NCBI RefSeq assembly: GCF_001194135.2
Contig: NC_068983.1
Coordinates: 16,820,644-16,870,686, forward strand
Length of the DNA: 50,043 bases
Origin: Octopus bimaculoides
Lineage: Eukaryota
Direction: 5' to 3'
Shown here: positions 34,661 through 47,105 of the stretch, one piece after another
How the letters are laid out: the number at the start of each line of letters is the position of its first letter
Position numbering within the stretch: position 1 is the stretch's first letter
Program-made: the position numbers and the translations under genes
The notes under the pieces: generated by a model
The model's input: the letters and a program-made list of their open reading frames with translations, nothing else
Databases searched by the model: none
Told to the model about the DNA's origin: nothing

Positions 34661-35191
34661 ATAATAATAATAATAATAATAGTAATAATAAAGATAGCTA
34701 TATTGTTGATGCCTAGTAAAAGAGCAGTGTGACATTGTTGTTATATTTGAGTATTTCTGGGATACAGGAGATTACTAAACATCTCAAACACATTTTTAGC
34801 TGCATCTCTCTTTTTATTTCACAATAGATTGAAGCTTATCAAATATTTTCATTAATCAAAATATCTCAGTGAAACATGAAAAGGAGACATACTTGATGAA
34901 TTTAATTAGCAATGTAGTTTAATTATTAAAATCTAATTCAAAGAAACGTCAACTTCATTTGAAGTGAAGATTGATAATAGAGGCTAAACAAAATAACAAT
35001 TCTTGCACAGTAGCAATGATGTTTATTGATTGCTCAAACAGCTGCAATTTATCACCATTTTATCCCACATTTCATTGTAACCTCCCAACTAAACACAAAT
35101 ATTATTTCATGAATCAACAAGGGGAGTCTCAACATGGTCACTTTTCTTGTTAGAAATAGCAACAAAATCTCCCTCAAACCACACCCTGATA

Positions 35192-35601
35192 CAGTGGTTC
35201 TCAACCCCTTTTTACCTATGCATCCCTTTGATTACTATTTAACTCTGGTGGACCCCCATAGCTATTCAATGTTTAAAAACTAGTTTTATAGACATTTCTT
35301 TCAAGATTCCTATTTTGTTTTGTCACGCATTCATTTGTATAGGTTTGTAATAGCACTCACTGAGAGAACATGTTTCAGTGGCTAGAAATATGTTGAACTA
35401 TGTTAAGCATTAGAGAAAGACAACTAGTTTTTCTTGCAATAAATATATCTAAAGTGAAATTTTTTCATGAACCCTAAAAATACCACCATGGATCCTCAAT
35501 CAACTATTTTGCTTTTGTGGACCCCCACCACAATCTAACATATGATCCACCCCCATATAACCCCTAGGAGTCATATGGACCTCTTTTGAGAACTAGTACT
35601 G
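35192..35601. mobile_element. hAT-Charlie-like MITE, longer copy of the same family
   Basis: Starts CAGTGGTTCTCAAC; the first 90 bp match the reverse complement of 4400-4485; right TIR degenerate. Confidence 0.6.
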
Positions 35602-36260
35602 TAACATCTTAAAAAAGGACCAGCACACTGGATTATGTAATCTGGGACTGATAATTCCTTTGAAAAAAAAGAAGACAGAACACCTATCAGTTCAATGTCC
35701 GTGATCATAGGTCTGCACTACCTTGTCCAACCTTGGGTTAAATAACAACACATTGAATATTTTTAACTTCTTCATTTAGAATGGGGGTCAGCAATAGATG
35801 GGCCACAGCACACAAAAAGACCATTGAGGTGGTTCTTGGGCCTTTTCTTGAAAGTTTTTGAAATTTAATGTATTTGTGGGTCATTAATTCATTTCCTTTA
35901 ACTGTTTGTTTAACACTAAGACACTGAGAACTATTTTCATGTACCAGCACTAATAAGAAGGAGTTTCAACATAGTTGTTCAATCTGCTAGATATAGCAAC
36001 CAAATCTCCCTCGAACACAACCTACCATCTTAATTAAGAAAAGAACATATTACTTAATGTAGTTCTGATGTCTTTGTAAACAGATAGGATGGTCACAATT
36101 GGAATACTTTTGATTACATGTCTGCTTGATCATGTTGAACCTGGGGCTGAACAATAACTATCTTATTGATGAGCCAATAAATCGATAAAGGCAGAAAAAA
36201 ATTTGATCAGCTTTATTTTTGTTTTGTTTTGTTTGTTTGTTTTTTCAGTAATGGAAAAAC

Positions 36261-36552
36261 ATTCGAGCAAGGTCTTTGCTAGTGCCACTGGACTGTCTCC
36301 TGTGCAGGTGGCACATAAAAAACACTATTTGAGCATGGCTGTAGCCAGTACCGCCTGACTGGCCCCTGTGCCAGTGGCATGTAAAAGCACCCACTACACT
36401 CTCGGAGTGGTTGGTTTTAGGAAGGGCATCCAGCTGTAGAAACTCTGCCAGATCAGATTGGAGCCTGGTGCAGCCATCTGGTTCACCAGTCCTCAGTCAA
36501 ATCGTCCAACCCATGCTAGCATGAAAAACGGACGTTAAACGATGATGATGAT
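36261..36552 (+). mobile_element. Family A copy
   Basis: Matches 1-374; (GAT)n tail. Confidence 0.85.
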
Positions 36553-37211
36553 GTACTGCAGACTACATTGTCCAATGTTTCCTTATTCAAGATGGCAATA
36601 TATGGCAATTCAAGATGGCAATATGATTTTGAGGGAGAGTTGACTACTATTTCTAGCAGATCAAGTGTCCATGCATCCATGTAAAGGCTTCCTCTATTAC
36701 AGTGTCTCTTATTTATGGCTGACTGTTATTTTTAGTTCTGTACTTGAAACTTGCTTCATAATTATGATTCTGTAGTCATAATTATGTAATCTATGATTCT
36801 ATAGTTTTATACAGCTCTCTATCTTTCACATAATAGTTATTCAATAACTACTCATTACCCACCAAAAATACTGTCCTAATTAATATGTTGTCACTTCTAC
36901 TACTAAAAAGCTCTGTCCTTTGATCACTGCTAAAAACAACAATCAAATTATCCTCATATTAAAGATTCATGTTCCATTTTCTCTCATTCTTATTGTTTTG
37001 TATTTACAAAGGTCAATGTCAACCAACTGATTATAGTACTTACTTCACCCTCTTTAAGATATAGAGTGTTCAGAGCTTAATGTTTTTATTATCATTCTTT
37101 TTGCATGTACAAGAAAAAGTGAGTTCGTTTTTAGAGTTTAATTTAGCTCTTCTAAAAAGAAATGTGGTTTCCACATAGTAGAATTTATGTAGTACATGGA
37201 ATTCCAATTAA

Positions 37212-37627
37212 CACTTTTGTTGCCATATTTCTGTTGAAATATGGAACTTTTATTTTAATATATTTTGAAAATAGTGAAGAATTTAATAAAATGACTTTGT
37301 CAGTATTTAGCTGGTGTTTGGAACATAGAGAGTATTAATTTATACAGTTTAACCCTTTTGGCATTTAAACTGGCTATATCCAGCCATATCCGACCAAAAT
37401 ATTCTATGCCAAATTCAGTTTCTTTCACCTTCCCTATAATGTCATTCTGAAAACAAATAATCACATCATTGGAATCTCAAAGCCATGAGATAATGCATGG
37501 TTAATTCAAAGCAATGGGAATAAACAAGCATTACATTTGACAGAGTAATCTGAATATAAAAGGATTAAAACAAAAAGTTTGTATCAGAGAGTCAAGAATG
37601 GTTCCAGGCAGGTTAGTATCAAAAGGG
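37212..37627. mobile_element. Two nested piggyBac-like MITEs
   Basis: Inner element 37353-37564 (30298 family) is flanked by TTAA and interrupts an outer element whose intact form is at about 47106-47307. Confidence 0.65.
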
Positions 37628-38047
37628 ATAAATAAACATTTGAGAATTTAGTAACGTTATTAGGAATTATAATCAGAATGCAGTAAGAATTGGAAAGATA
37701 GTGGCAGTATTTGAATTTTTGCACTGCATGTTTACATTATGTTGACTTGTATACCAGGAAATGTGGTAAATAGCCATGGATTTAATGCTTCCCTCTTTGA
37801 CCAAACAGTAAAACAAAAAAGAAAAGGACATCAATAATATATAAAAATCATACTTTTGTTCCCATTCATTGGTAATTGATAACTTTAATGAACATATAGG
37901 CACAGGCTTGGCTGTGTGGATAGAAGTTTGCTTTCCAACCACATGGTTCTTGGGTTCAATGCCACCTTGGGCAAGTGTCTTCTACTATAGTGTCCGGCTG
38001 ACCAAAGCCTTATGAGTGGATTTTGGTAGACAGAAACTGAAAGAAGC

Positions 38048-38279
38048 TGGCTAGCTGGCAGAAATGTTAGCACACCGGGCGAAATGCTTATGGGTATTTT
38101 GTCTGCTGTTACATTCTGAGTTCAAATTCCACCGAGGTCGACTTTGCCTTTCATCCTTTTGGGGTCGATAAATTAATTACCAGTTACTCACTGAGGTCAA
38201 GGTAATCAACTTCATCCTTTTGTCTGTCCTTGTTTGTCCCCTCTATGTCTAGCCCCTTGTGGGCAATAAAGAAATAAAA
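38048..38279 (+). mobile_element. Meta-like SINE nested in a CORE-like SINE (host about 37895-38510)
   Basis: 14-bp TSD AAACTGAAAGAAGC at 38034-38047 and 38279-38292; the host sequence resumes after the insertion. Confidence 0.8.
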
Positions 38280-38924
38280 AACTGAAAGAAGCCTGTCATG
38301 TGTATGTATGACTTTGTGTCTGTGTTTGTCCCCCACCAGTTTTGGTGTGTTTACATCTCTGTAACTCAGCTGTTCGGCAAAAGGGACCAATAGAATAAGT
38401 GCAAGCTTAAAAAGAGAATAAGTATTGGGATCAATTCGTTTGACTAAAATCCCTCAAGGCAGTGCCCCAGCATGGCTGCAGTCTAATGACTGAAACAAGT
38501 AAAAGATATACTACATTTAATTAGCTGCTGTTTTTCATGGCGTGTAATCTTACTTCCAAACCACATAGTTTCATAGGTATTTTGCTTACATGTCTTCACA
38601 GATTTAGCAGTTTGGATCAGGCTTAAAATTCTGTGTTGATTTACTCATAGCACTGTAGCTTGCCTAATCAATTGTTAATCTTTTATGTCTATATATTTAG
38701 TGTGCTAGTAACATCGACATTGATGGGATGGTTTCTGCAACTCACTCTAATATATCGGACTGTATCCAAAAGAAAGCCATCAAGATTGATTAGTAAAGAT
38801 TCAGTGAGAAATACACTTCAGCCAGTCACAAATGCGCCCTTACTTCTCTCTATCTCTCTCTTATTGCTTCTATTTTATCACTAAACTAGCTATCTGATTA
38901 CCTTTCCCAACTATGCTCACTTGT

Positions 38925-38959
<35 letters not shown>

Positions 38960-39128
38960 NNNNNNNNNNTATCTGTTTATCTTGATATGAGATCACCATG
39001 TTGTGCACATATGGTTGTGATGCATGTGCCTCATGTACACGCATCAGACTGGTAATCATGATGGGTCTACTGGGCTTCGTATATTTTACCCCAGTGTCAC
39101 TTTGATGGCATGCACTGCTCTCTTACTC

Positions 39129-39164
<36 letters not shown>

Positions 39165-39165
<1 letters not shown>

Positions 39166-39352
39166 TTCAAAAATTTGGAATATGAAGACTGTAAATATTG
39201 TGCCTGTAATAACTGGTGCATTAGGAACCATAGGAACAGGAAAAATTATCAGAATTGCTTTGAACACTTGAAAGGTTATTGAAAGCTTGTGGATGTCTAA
39301 GATTACAGGAATATAAATTCTACCAGGAATAAGATCAAACCTGAGTCAAATC
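39165..39352 (+). mobile_element. R4/Dong-like 3' end in (TAA)n, internally deleted
   Basis: KIWNMKTVNIVPVITGALGTIG-TGKIIRIALNT*. 3' end AAACCTGAGTCAAATCAAA(TAA)n is shared with 33461-33662. Confidence 0.65.
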
Positions 39353-40027
39353 AAATAATAATAATAATCCTTTCTACTATAGGTACCAGGCCTGGAATTT
39401 GTGGGGGCGGTTTAGTGATTACATTAACCTCCTCCCCCACCCCCCAGTACCTGACTGCTACTTAATTTATCAACCCCTGAAAGGATGAAAGGTAAAAAGT
39501 TAACCTTGATGGGATTTGAACTCAGAATGTAGCAGCAGATGAAATACCACTAAGCATTTCATCCAATGTGCTAATGATTCTGCCAGTGAGCTGGCAGAAT
39601 GATGATGATGATGTGTCTATACTCACACACACAGACACACATGCACACGCACACACTATGCATGATAGGCTTCTAAGCTTCCATGCAATTTCCATCTACC
39701 AAATTCCACTCATAGCACATTGTTCAACTTAAGACTAATGTAGAAGACACATGCCCAATGTGCCTGTAGTGGGACTGGACTCAGAACATGTAATTTATGT
39801 AGCAAACTCTCTAACCATAAATTTACACCTGCATTCATTCATTCTTAACTACAAAACTACTCATGTATTCATATAACACCTTTTTTCCACCCCTTTGATT
39901 TACTCTGTCATTTTTACTCTGTGTAATTTGGTTGTATTAATATAAATATCTATATATTTATACTTAAAAACTCATTTTTGAAAGCTTCCATCTTTTGCTT
40001 TTTCTCAGTTTGTATGTATGCATATGT

Positions 40028-40410
40028 GGAGGTGCAATGGCCCAGTGGTTAGGGCAACGGACTCGCGGTCATAAGATCGCGGTTTCGATTCCCAGACTGG
40101 GCGTTGTGAATGTTTATTGAGCGAAAACACCTAAAAGCTCCACGAGGCTCTGGCAGGGGATGGTGGTGAACCCTGCTATACTCTTTCACCACAACTTCCT
40201 CTCACTCTTACTTCCTGTTTCTGTTGTGCCTGTATTTCAAAGGGTCAGCCTTGTTACACTGTGTCACGCTGAATCTCCCTGAGAACTATGTTAAGGGTAC
40301 ACGTGTCTGTGGAGTGCTCAGCCACTTGGACGTTAATTTCACGAACAAGCTGTTCTATTGATCAGATCAACTGGAACCCTCGATGTCGTAAGCGATGGAG
40401 TGCCAATACA
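40028..40410 (+). mobile_element. tRNA-derived SINE (family B), full length
   Basis: Box A TGGCCCAGTGG and box B GGTTTCGATTCCC. Its 3' part recurs inverted at about 48060-48260. Confidence 0.8.
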
Positions 40411-40669
40411 CACACATGTATGCATATATACATACTCTGTATTTCATATCCAGGCTGTTATATTTACTATATATAATTTGTTTATCCACATAACTGCTTT
40501 CATATTTGTTCAGCTTGGTCCTACTTATAGCCATTCTTTACCCCATGGAGTTGATCCCCTGTAAAGACATCAGAGTTCAAATTTGAATCATTTGAGTACT
40601 ACTAAGTGTCTTCTATACTGAGAATCTCTGAATTTCATCTGTTGATCATATATATATATTTCTTTCCAG

Positions 40670-40804
40670 GTTTTGCTATTGGACAAGCTGGAATTCTTGT
40701 GATACTTAGCCAATTTGTCATTGCATATGTGATATTGCTGCTAACCGTTCTCTCCATTTGTGCAATCTCTACCAATGGACTTGTTGAAGGTGGAGGGGCC
40801 TATT
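40670..40804 (+). CDS. SLC12A9: SLC12A9-like coding exon 2 ([45 protein letters not shown])
   Basis: Acceptor tttctttccag at 40669; phase 1 matches exon 1. Carries the SLC12 signature [15 protein letters not shown]. Donor GTATCCTTT at 40805. 135 bp. Confidence 0.93.
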
Positions 40805-41486
40805 GTATCCTTTTATACAATTCAAATATATTCCATGTTTGTTTGTTTCTTTCTTTGTGTATATATATTTACTAGCAAGCTTGCATGCTATGCCATGCTA
40901 TGCTGGAGAAACATTTACAGAATTGATTTGCTTCTGGCTGCCTGAAAATGGCAAATGAAGAGACACCCAGAAAAATTTGCAATGCATAGATTTATGCATG
41001 TTATGTTAAATGTGACTCTCATATTATCAACAAAGTGAAATACCACCTTTCAGTAAATGAATTAACATCCTAGTGCTGCAGCATGTATTGTGTGGTTGTT
41101 ATATTTCATGCATTTGACACAATCCAATGTATAGAAATATATAAATAAGTCATAAATAAATAACATATGGTGGATGATGTAATAATGTAACATAGAACAG
41201 TCAATAAAAGAAATAATATATTATATATTTACTTAATCACTTGTTGAGTGAAGTGGTGCAGTAGAAGTAAGATAGGCTCATAAGCAAGTGGTTGTAGAAT
41301 GAAACTACACTCTACAATGGAGTGGATACAATTTTTGATATTTATACATCACAACTGAGTTGTCTACTAATATACCAACCATATACATATATACCTACAG
41401 GAATTGATACAAATTGTATCATGCAATAGAAATTTATATAGGGTCAAAGGGTCACCAACTGACTGGAGTACACCAAAACCTTAGTA

Positions 41487-42739
41487 TTAGGTCGTCAAGT
41501 ATGAAATTTGTAGTAAGGTATATTTTTGTGCCATTATTATATTTTAACTATCTTTATTTCTTGTTAGAAAGCTAACACATCTATTTCTTTATTCTAACTC
41601 ATTTTGCGCTTTATAGTGTATTTATAAGTTGTTTTTTGCTATTTTTGTTTAGAGATGGATAAGTCAAAAATTCGTACAGTTTTGAAATATGAGTTCTTTC
41701 TTGGAAATACAGCATCACCTACAGTTCGGGATATTCATGGAGTATTTCATTCTAATGTTATTACACAACAGCAGTATCAAATTGGTTTGCAAAATTTTGT
41801 TCTGGTAACTTTGACTTTACAAGTGAGCAATGCGGTCAACCAGAAACAACGGTGTATAATGACAAACTGAAAGCCACCATCGAATCACATCCATCTCAAA
41901 GTGCCTGTGAATTTTTGTTGTTGTTTGGTGTTAGCAAGCAAACAATATTGACTCACCTAGTTCAAAGGGGTAAAGTGAAAAAGTTGGATAAGTGGGTTCC
42001 ACATGAACTCAATGAAAATCAGAAACAGCAACGTTTGGAAACCTGCATTATGCTACTTTCTCGTCACAAAAATGAATCATTTTTTAATCAAATTGTAACA
42101 TGATGAGAAATGGATCCAATACAACAACCGTAAACATTCAGCAGAATGGTTGGACAAAGACAAACTACCAAAACAGACCAAAATGCAAAATTCATCAAAA
42201 GAAGCTGATGGTGTGTGTTTGGTGGTCCGGTGCAGGTGTGATCCATTATGATTTCATTAAAACTGGCTCGTCAATCACAGCCAAAGTATATTGCAGCCAA
42301 CTGGACAAAATGATGCAGAAACTTACAAAAAAACAGCCGAGATTAGTCAACAGATCCATTCCTATTTTATTGCAAGACAACACCAGACCAGACATTGCAA
42401 AAATGACATTGGCGAAACTAAAGGAGTTGGAGTTGGAAGTTCTCCATCATCCACCATACTCACCTAATCTTGCCCCCACTGACTGCCACTTCTTCCAGAA
42501 TTTGAATAACTTTTTGAAAGGAAAAAAATTTAATTCCGACGATGCTATAAAACAGGCCTTCCAAGATTTTATTGACTCTAGATTGCTTTTGCAGTTCCAG
42601 GCTGGACAAACTACTGCAAAAGTGGCAAAAGTGTTGACAATATGGGTGCATACTTGGATGAATAAAACTATTCCTTGTATTTATAAAACATTAGCAAACT
42701 TTTTTGTCTTTTCTACAAATTTCATACTTGACAACCTAA
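41487..42739 (+). mobile_element. Full-length mariner (DD34D) DNA transposon, 1253 bp, frameshifted transposase
   Basis: 27-bp TIRs TTAGGTCGTCAAGTATGAAATTTGTAG and CTACAAATTTCATACTTGACAACCTAA (1 mismatch), TA on both flanks. Motifs WVPHEL, IVT.DEKW, QDN, and HPPYSPNLAPTD with 34 residues between the last two Asp. Confidence 0.95.
41655..42660 (+). pseudogene. Mariner transposase pseudogene split across three frames
   Basis: ORF-track pieces 41655-41870, 41852-42103 and 42100-42747 each carry part of the transposase. One frameshift falls at the first catalytic Asp (IVT.DEKWI). Confidence 0.9.
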
Positions 42740-43395
42740 TAGCATAGTGGGCAGAGATAATAGCAACAACAGAACTTTTCAGTATATAGGCTATGTAAAT
42801 TTATCTCATCCACAGATGATGTTTGAATATACTTAATTAGTAGTTATACTTAATCAGTAGTTATATTGAATACACTTAATAAGTAGTTGTATTGAATATA
42901 CTTAATTAGTAGTTATATACTTATTAGTAATTATATTAAAATGCTTGTATTAAGTTTCAGAAGTCAAGAAATTGAAATTGGTGGTTTTCAAGTGCCTTTA
43001 TCAACATAAGTGATGAAGTGAAATAGTTATAATCTATGATTAAATTTTTTGTATTTTCTGGTATACCATATAAATTTCTCAGGCCAAAATTTACAATAGC
43101 AGATTGATTTATTCACCAAGAGAAATGCAGCACAGTTTGTAATGATAGTGTCAATGTTTGAATGTTTACACTACATATTTACTCTTTATGCTATATCAAC
43201 TTGTGTGTCAGAAAATACCGTATGAGTCATAATCAGCTTATCTTCCACACCCTATTGCTCAATGTATATTATGTACTGACTTCAAGAGGAAACGTAACAT
43301 AACCTAGCAGACTCCACTTCTAATCTCATCTACCATAAAGTGCTCAATAGTAATGTTTTTTTTATTTAGCTGTCTTCTGTGAGGAAACAAATACC

Positions 43396-43620
43396 TTTAG
43401 GTTGTTTATTCATTAGAAATTTAGGTTGTTTATTCATTAGAAATTTAGGTTGTTTATTCATTAGAAATTTAGGTTGTTTATTCATTAGAAATTTAGGTTG
43501 TTTATTCATTAGAAATATAGGCTGTCTAATCATTAGAAATATAGATTGTCTACATTAGGAATATATAAGCTATTCAACATTTGAAATATAGACTATCAAT
43601 TCAGAAATATAGGCTGACTA
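43396..43620 (+). repeat. Minisatellite, 24-bp unit, near-perfect copies decaying 3'
   Basis: TTTAGGTTGTTTATTCATTAGAAA starts at 43396, 43420, 43444, 43468 and 43492, then degenerate copies follow. Confidence 0.9.
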
Positions 43621-44880
43621 CTCACTTGTTAGAAAAAAAATATGCTGCTTCCTTAATAGAAGGCAGTCTCATTAAAAATATGGTATTGGAAGACTTAAAG
43701 ACAAATTAGTTACAATATTGAACTAGCTGAACAAGTATCTACAAACTCCTTTGCTAATTCACAGACAAAGGATACAGATCATGGTACTATAAACAACTGA
43801 CTTGCTAAAGCCCTTTACTCCCTATGGAGCATAGGCCATAAACAACTTTTCTCCACTCTTGTAGAGTGAGCAAGTTTTATTTCTGCTTCTCTCCAGTTGG
43901 ATCCTTGCTTCATGGAGGCACGTTGCCTAGTGGTTAGGAGTATTGGACTCATGATCGTAAGATTGTGGTTTCAATTCCTAGACCAGGTGACATGTTGTGT
44001 TCTTGAGCAAAACACTTCCTTTTACATTGTTTCAGTCAACTCAGCTGGCAAGAATGAGTAATCCTGCAAGGGACTGGTATCCTCTCCAGGTGGAGAATAT
44101 ATATGCAATGGAAACCAGGAAACCAGCCCTTATGAAATGGTAGAACTTGAAGAAGAAACTTTACCTTTTATGATCCTTGCTCCTTGTTGCAGCATCCTCT
44201 CGGATTTTGTTGTACTACGACATATGTTTCCCTGAGAGAAGGCCTTCCTCTCTCAGGTCTTGTTAGTTTTGAATTGTCATTGGAGCTTCTGTAACTGTGC
44301 TTTTTTCTAGGGTAGGATGTTAGTCCTATACAAACCAATTTTTACCAATGGGAAAAGGTGGTTCATATTAGTCAAGTGTCTAACCTTTAGCTTGTCCACA
44401 TGAGAGGCTCTGCCAGGGGCTTATGCTCCACTGGCAGAGCTCCTAGGGTCATTGAAATACACAAGCCAACACACCTTGAGGTGGACAAATGACTAGACAA
44501 CCCTTATATGTCCAGTTGATACTCTACATAAGAACCTAGATGTATTGTTTAGCTCCAGGTCAATCCCAACCAAGCAAATCCATGATTGAAGAGACTCCAT
44601 TCACAATCACCCAGTCTTTTTAGAAGTATTTAGGACTACATTGTCCAATATACCCCTACTTTTTACAAAACAGTAAAGTGTGGATCAAGGGAGATTTTAC
44701 TGTTATTTCTAGCAGGTCAAGAGGTTTCCTTGTTTGCTCATACTAACTGGAGTTTGCTCTTGCTTTTGTAGCTATTTTGTACCGAACTACTAAAATAGAA
44801 CTCCCTTACCATGTTGTTAATAGGTTAGTCATTGCTCCATCAGTTTGTTGCTGCACATTTACTTAACTATAATTCCTCAG

Positions 44881-45015
44881 ATATGATAAGTCGAGCTCTG
44901 GGACCAGAATTTGGTGGAAGTATTGGCTTCCTGTTTTTTGTAGCCAATGTCTTCTCTTGTTCTCTTTACACCTCTGCTATTGTAGAAGGTTTGATTCAGA
45001 ACTTTGGACCAAGTG
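44881..45015 (+). CDS. SLC12A9: SLC12A9-like coding exon 3 ([45 protein letters not shown])
   Basis: Acceptor aattcctcag at 44880. T+AT restores the Tyr codon. Carries the SLC12 signature [16 protein letters not shown]. Donor GTAAGT at 45016. 135 bp. Confidence 0.95.
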
Positions 45016-45270
45016 GTAAGTCCTTATTTATACTTTTCTTCTCAAATGCATGCAGATATGCATGTGTGTGTGGGTGTGTGTACAAGCATTGCATACATAT
45101 ATACACACACATCTACATACACACATGTACACGCACGCACACACACACACACACACACACACATACAAATATACACATATAACTTATCCAGTGTGATAGT
45201 GTTTTCCTACTGATCTTATATTAGTCTTCTACCTATTTTAAAATTCAATATTACAAAAAGAAGAAACCAA

Positions 45271-45307
<37 letters not shown>

Positions 45308-45836
45308 GTAATTTGTGTAACTGAAATGAAAACTTTTTCCAACTTCATATTTAGGAGCTCAGAGATGACGGCTTTTGCCTTGGTAAACTTGGGTAAACCT
45401 GCATATATTCTGAGTCTGAGTTCAAAGTTGGCCAAGGCCGACTTTGCTGTACATCCTCTCGGGTTTGATGAAGTAAGTACTACTTGAACACTGGGATCAG
45501 TGTAATCGATTTACCTGCTCCCCGAAATTGCTGGCCTTGTGCCAAAATTTAAAACCAATATTTGCAGTATTAGTAAGGCAGGTCGCTGTCAGAATCGTTA
45601 GCAAACCAGGCAAAATTCTTAGCAGCATTTTGTCCATCTTTATGTTCTGAGTTCAAATTCCGCCAAGGTCAACTTTACCTTTCACCCTCTCAATGTTGGT
45701 AAAATAAGTACCAGTTGAACACTGGGATTAATGTAATTGATTTACCTGCTCCTTGAAATTACAGGCCTTGTGTTGCCAGAATTTGACAGCAATAATTGTG
45801 GTATTATTCCCACATTTTGGTTATTTATGTCTGCAG

Positions 45837-45991
45837 GTACATTCACATCTAACTCTACAGTATATCTGCCGTACGATGAAACCAACCATTGGTATGACTA
45901 TATGTATGCCACCATCTGCCTCTTTCTTTGCCTTGCTATTTGCTTTGTTGGAGGAGCCATGTTCGCTCGGTTTTCTGCCTTCATTTTACTT
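45837..45991 (+). CDS. SLC12A9: SLC12A9-like coding exon 4 (GTFTSNSTVYLPYDETNHWYDYMYATICLFLCLAICFVGGAMFARFSAFILL)
   Basis: Acceptor atgtctgcag at 45836, phase 1 in and phase 0 out, donor GTAAGT at 45992. Hydrophobic TM segment CFVGGAMFAR resembles SLC12A9 CTLGAGLYAR. Confidence 0.9.
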
Positions 45992-47105
45992 GTAAGTATC
46001 TGTCTATTCTTCCTTTTTCTTTCATCTTTTTTTTTTTTTCACTTGCTTCAGTCATTGGACTGTGGCCTTGCTGGGGCACTCTCTTGAAGGGTTTGGTCAA
46101 ACAAACCAACACGAGTAGTTATTTTTTTTTTTAAGCTTTGTACTTATTCTTTCAGTCTCTTCAGTGAAACTACAAAGTTACTAGGATGTAAACGAGCCAA
46201 CACTGGTTGTCAAGTGGGGAGGGGGAACAAACACAAAAACAACCATCTTCATCATCATCATTTAACGTCCCTTTTCTGTGCTAACATAGGTTGGACAGTT
46301 TCACAGGAAATGGCAAGGCCGGGGGCCACACCAAGTTCCATAGTCTGTTTTGGCTTGGTTTCTAGAGCTAGATGCCCTTCTTAATGCCAACCACTCTACA
46401 GAGTGTACTGGGTACTTTTTACATGGCACCATCACCAATGTTTTTTAGCCAGTGCTTTTTATGTGGCACTAGAACCAGTGCTTTTTAAGACACACATATA
46501 TATAACAGGCTTCTACAATGTTTCCATCTACCAGACTCACTCACAAGGCATTTGTCAGCTCAGGATTACAGTAGAATATACTTACCAAAGGTGCTCTACA
46601 GTGGGACTGAACTCAAAACCATGTTGTCTCAAAACAAACTTCCTAACCACACAGCCCTGCACGTGCCTTTATTTGTAAATAAAAATGAACTTAAACCTTT
46701 TTATGTGTGCAACACCAATGCAGCAACTGCACAGTTTTGCACCCATGCAGTTTAAATAGAACATTGACCACAACCATTGTTTTGCACCTGTATGATGTTG
46801 TTTGCTCTTGTTTAACTGAATGGTAAAGTAGCAATTTCCATTTATATTTTACAGTAACATGATTACCTACAGGAATGTCATGTCAGTAGAGCACTAGATA
46901 AAATACATTGTGGTATATGTCCTAACTATTTGCACTCAGAGTTCAAATTTCACTGAAGTCAATTTTGTCTTTCATTATTTTGGGTGTCAGTTAAAAAGGT
47001 GCCAATCCTGGGTAGTGGATTTGCAGAACTCTAAGTAGTATTTGTTCCAGTTCTTTGTGTTCTGAGTTCAAATATTACCACGACCTCCTTGGATGGAAGA
47101 TTTAA

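Larger units (their letters stand above)
40805..44880 (+). other. U12-type (minor spliceosome) GT-AG intron, SLC12A9 intron 2, 4076 bp
   Basis: 5' end GTATCCTTTT equals the U12 consensus RTATCCTTT. Branch site TTTACTTAAC at 44858-44867 (consensus TTCCTTAAC) lies 13 nt before the intron end. No long pyrimidine tract. Confidence 0.85.
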
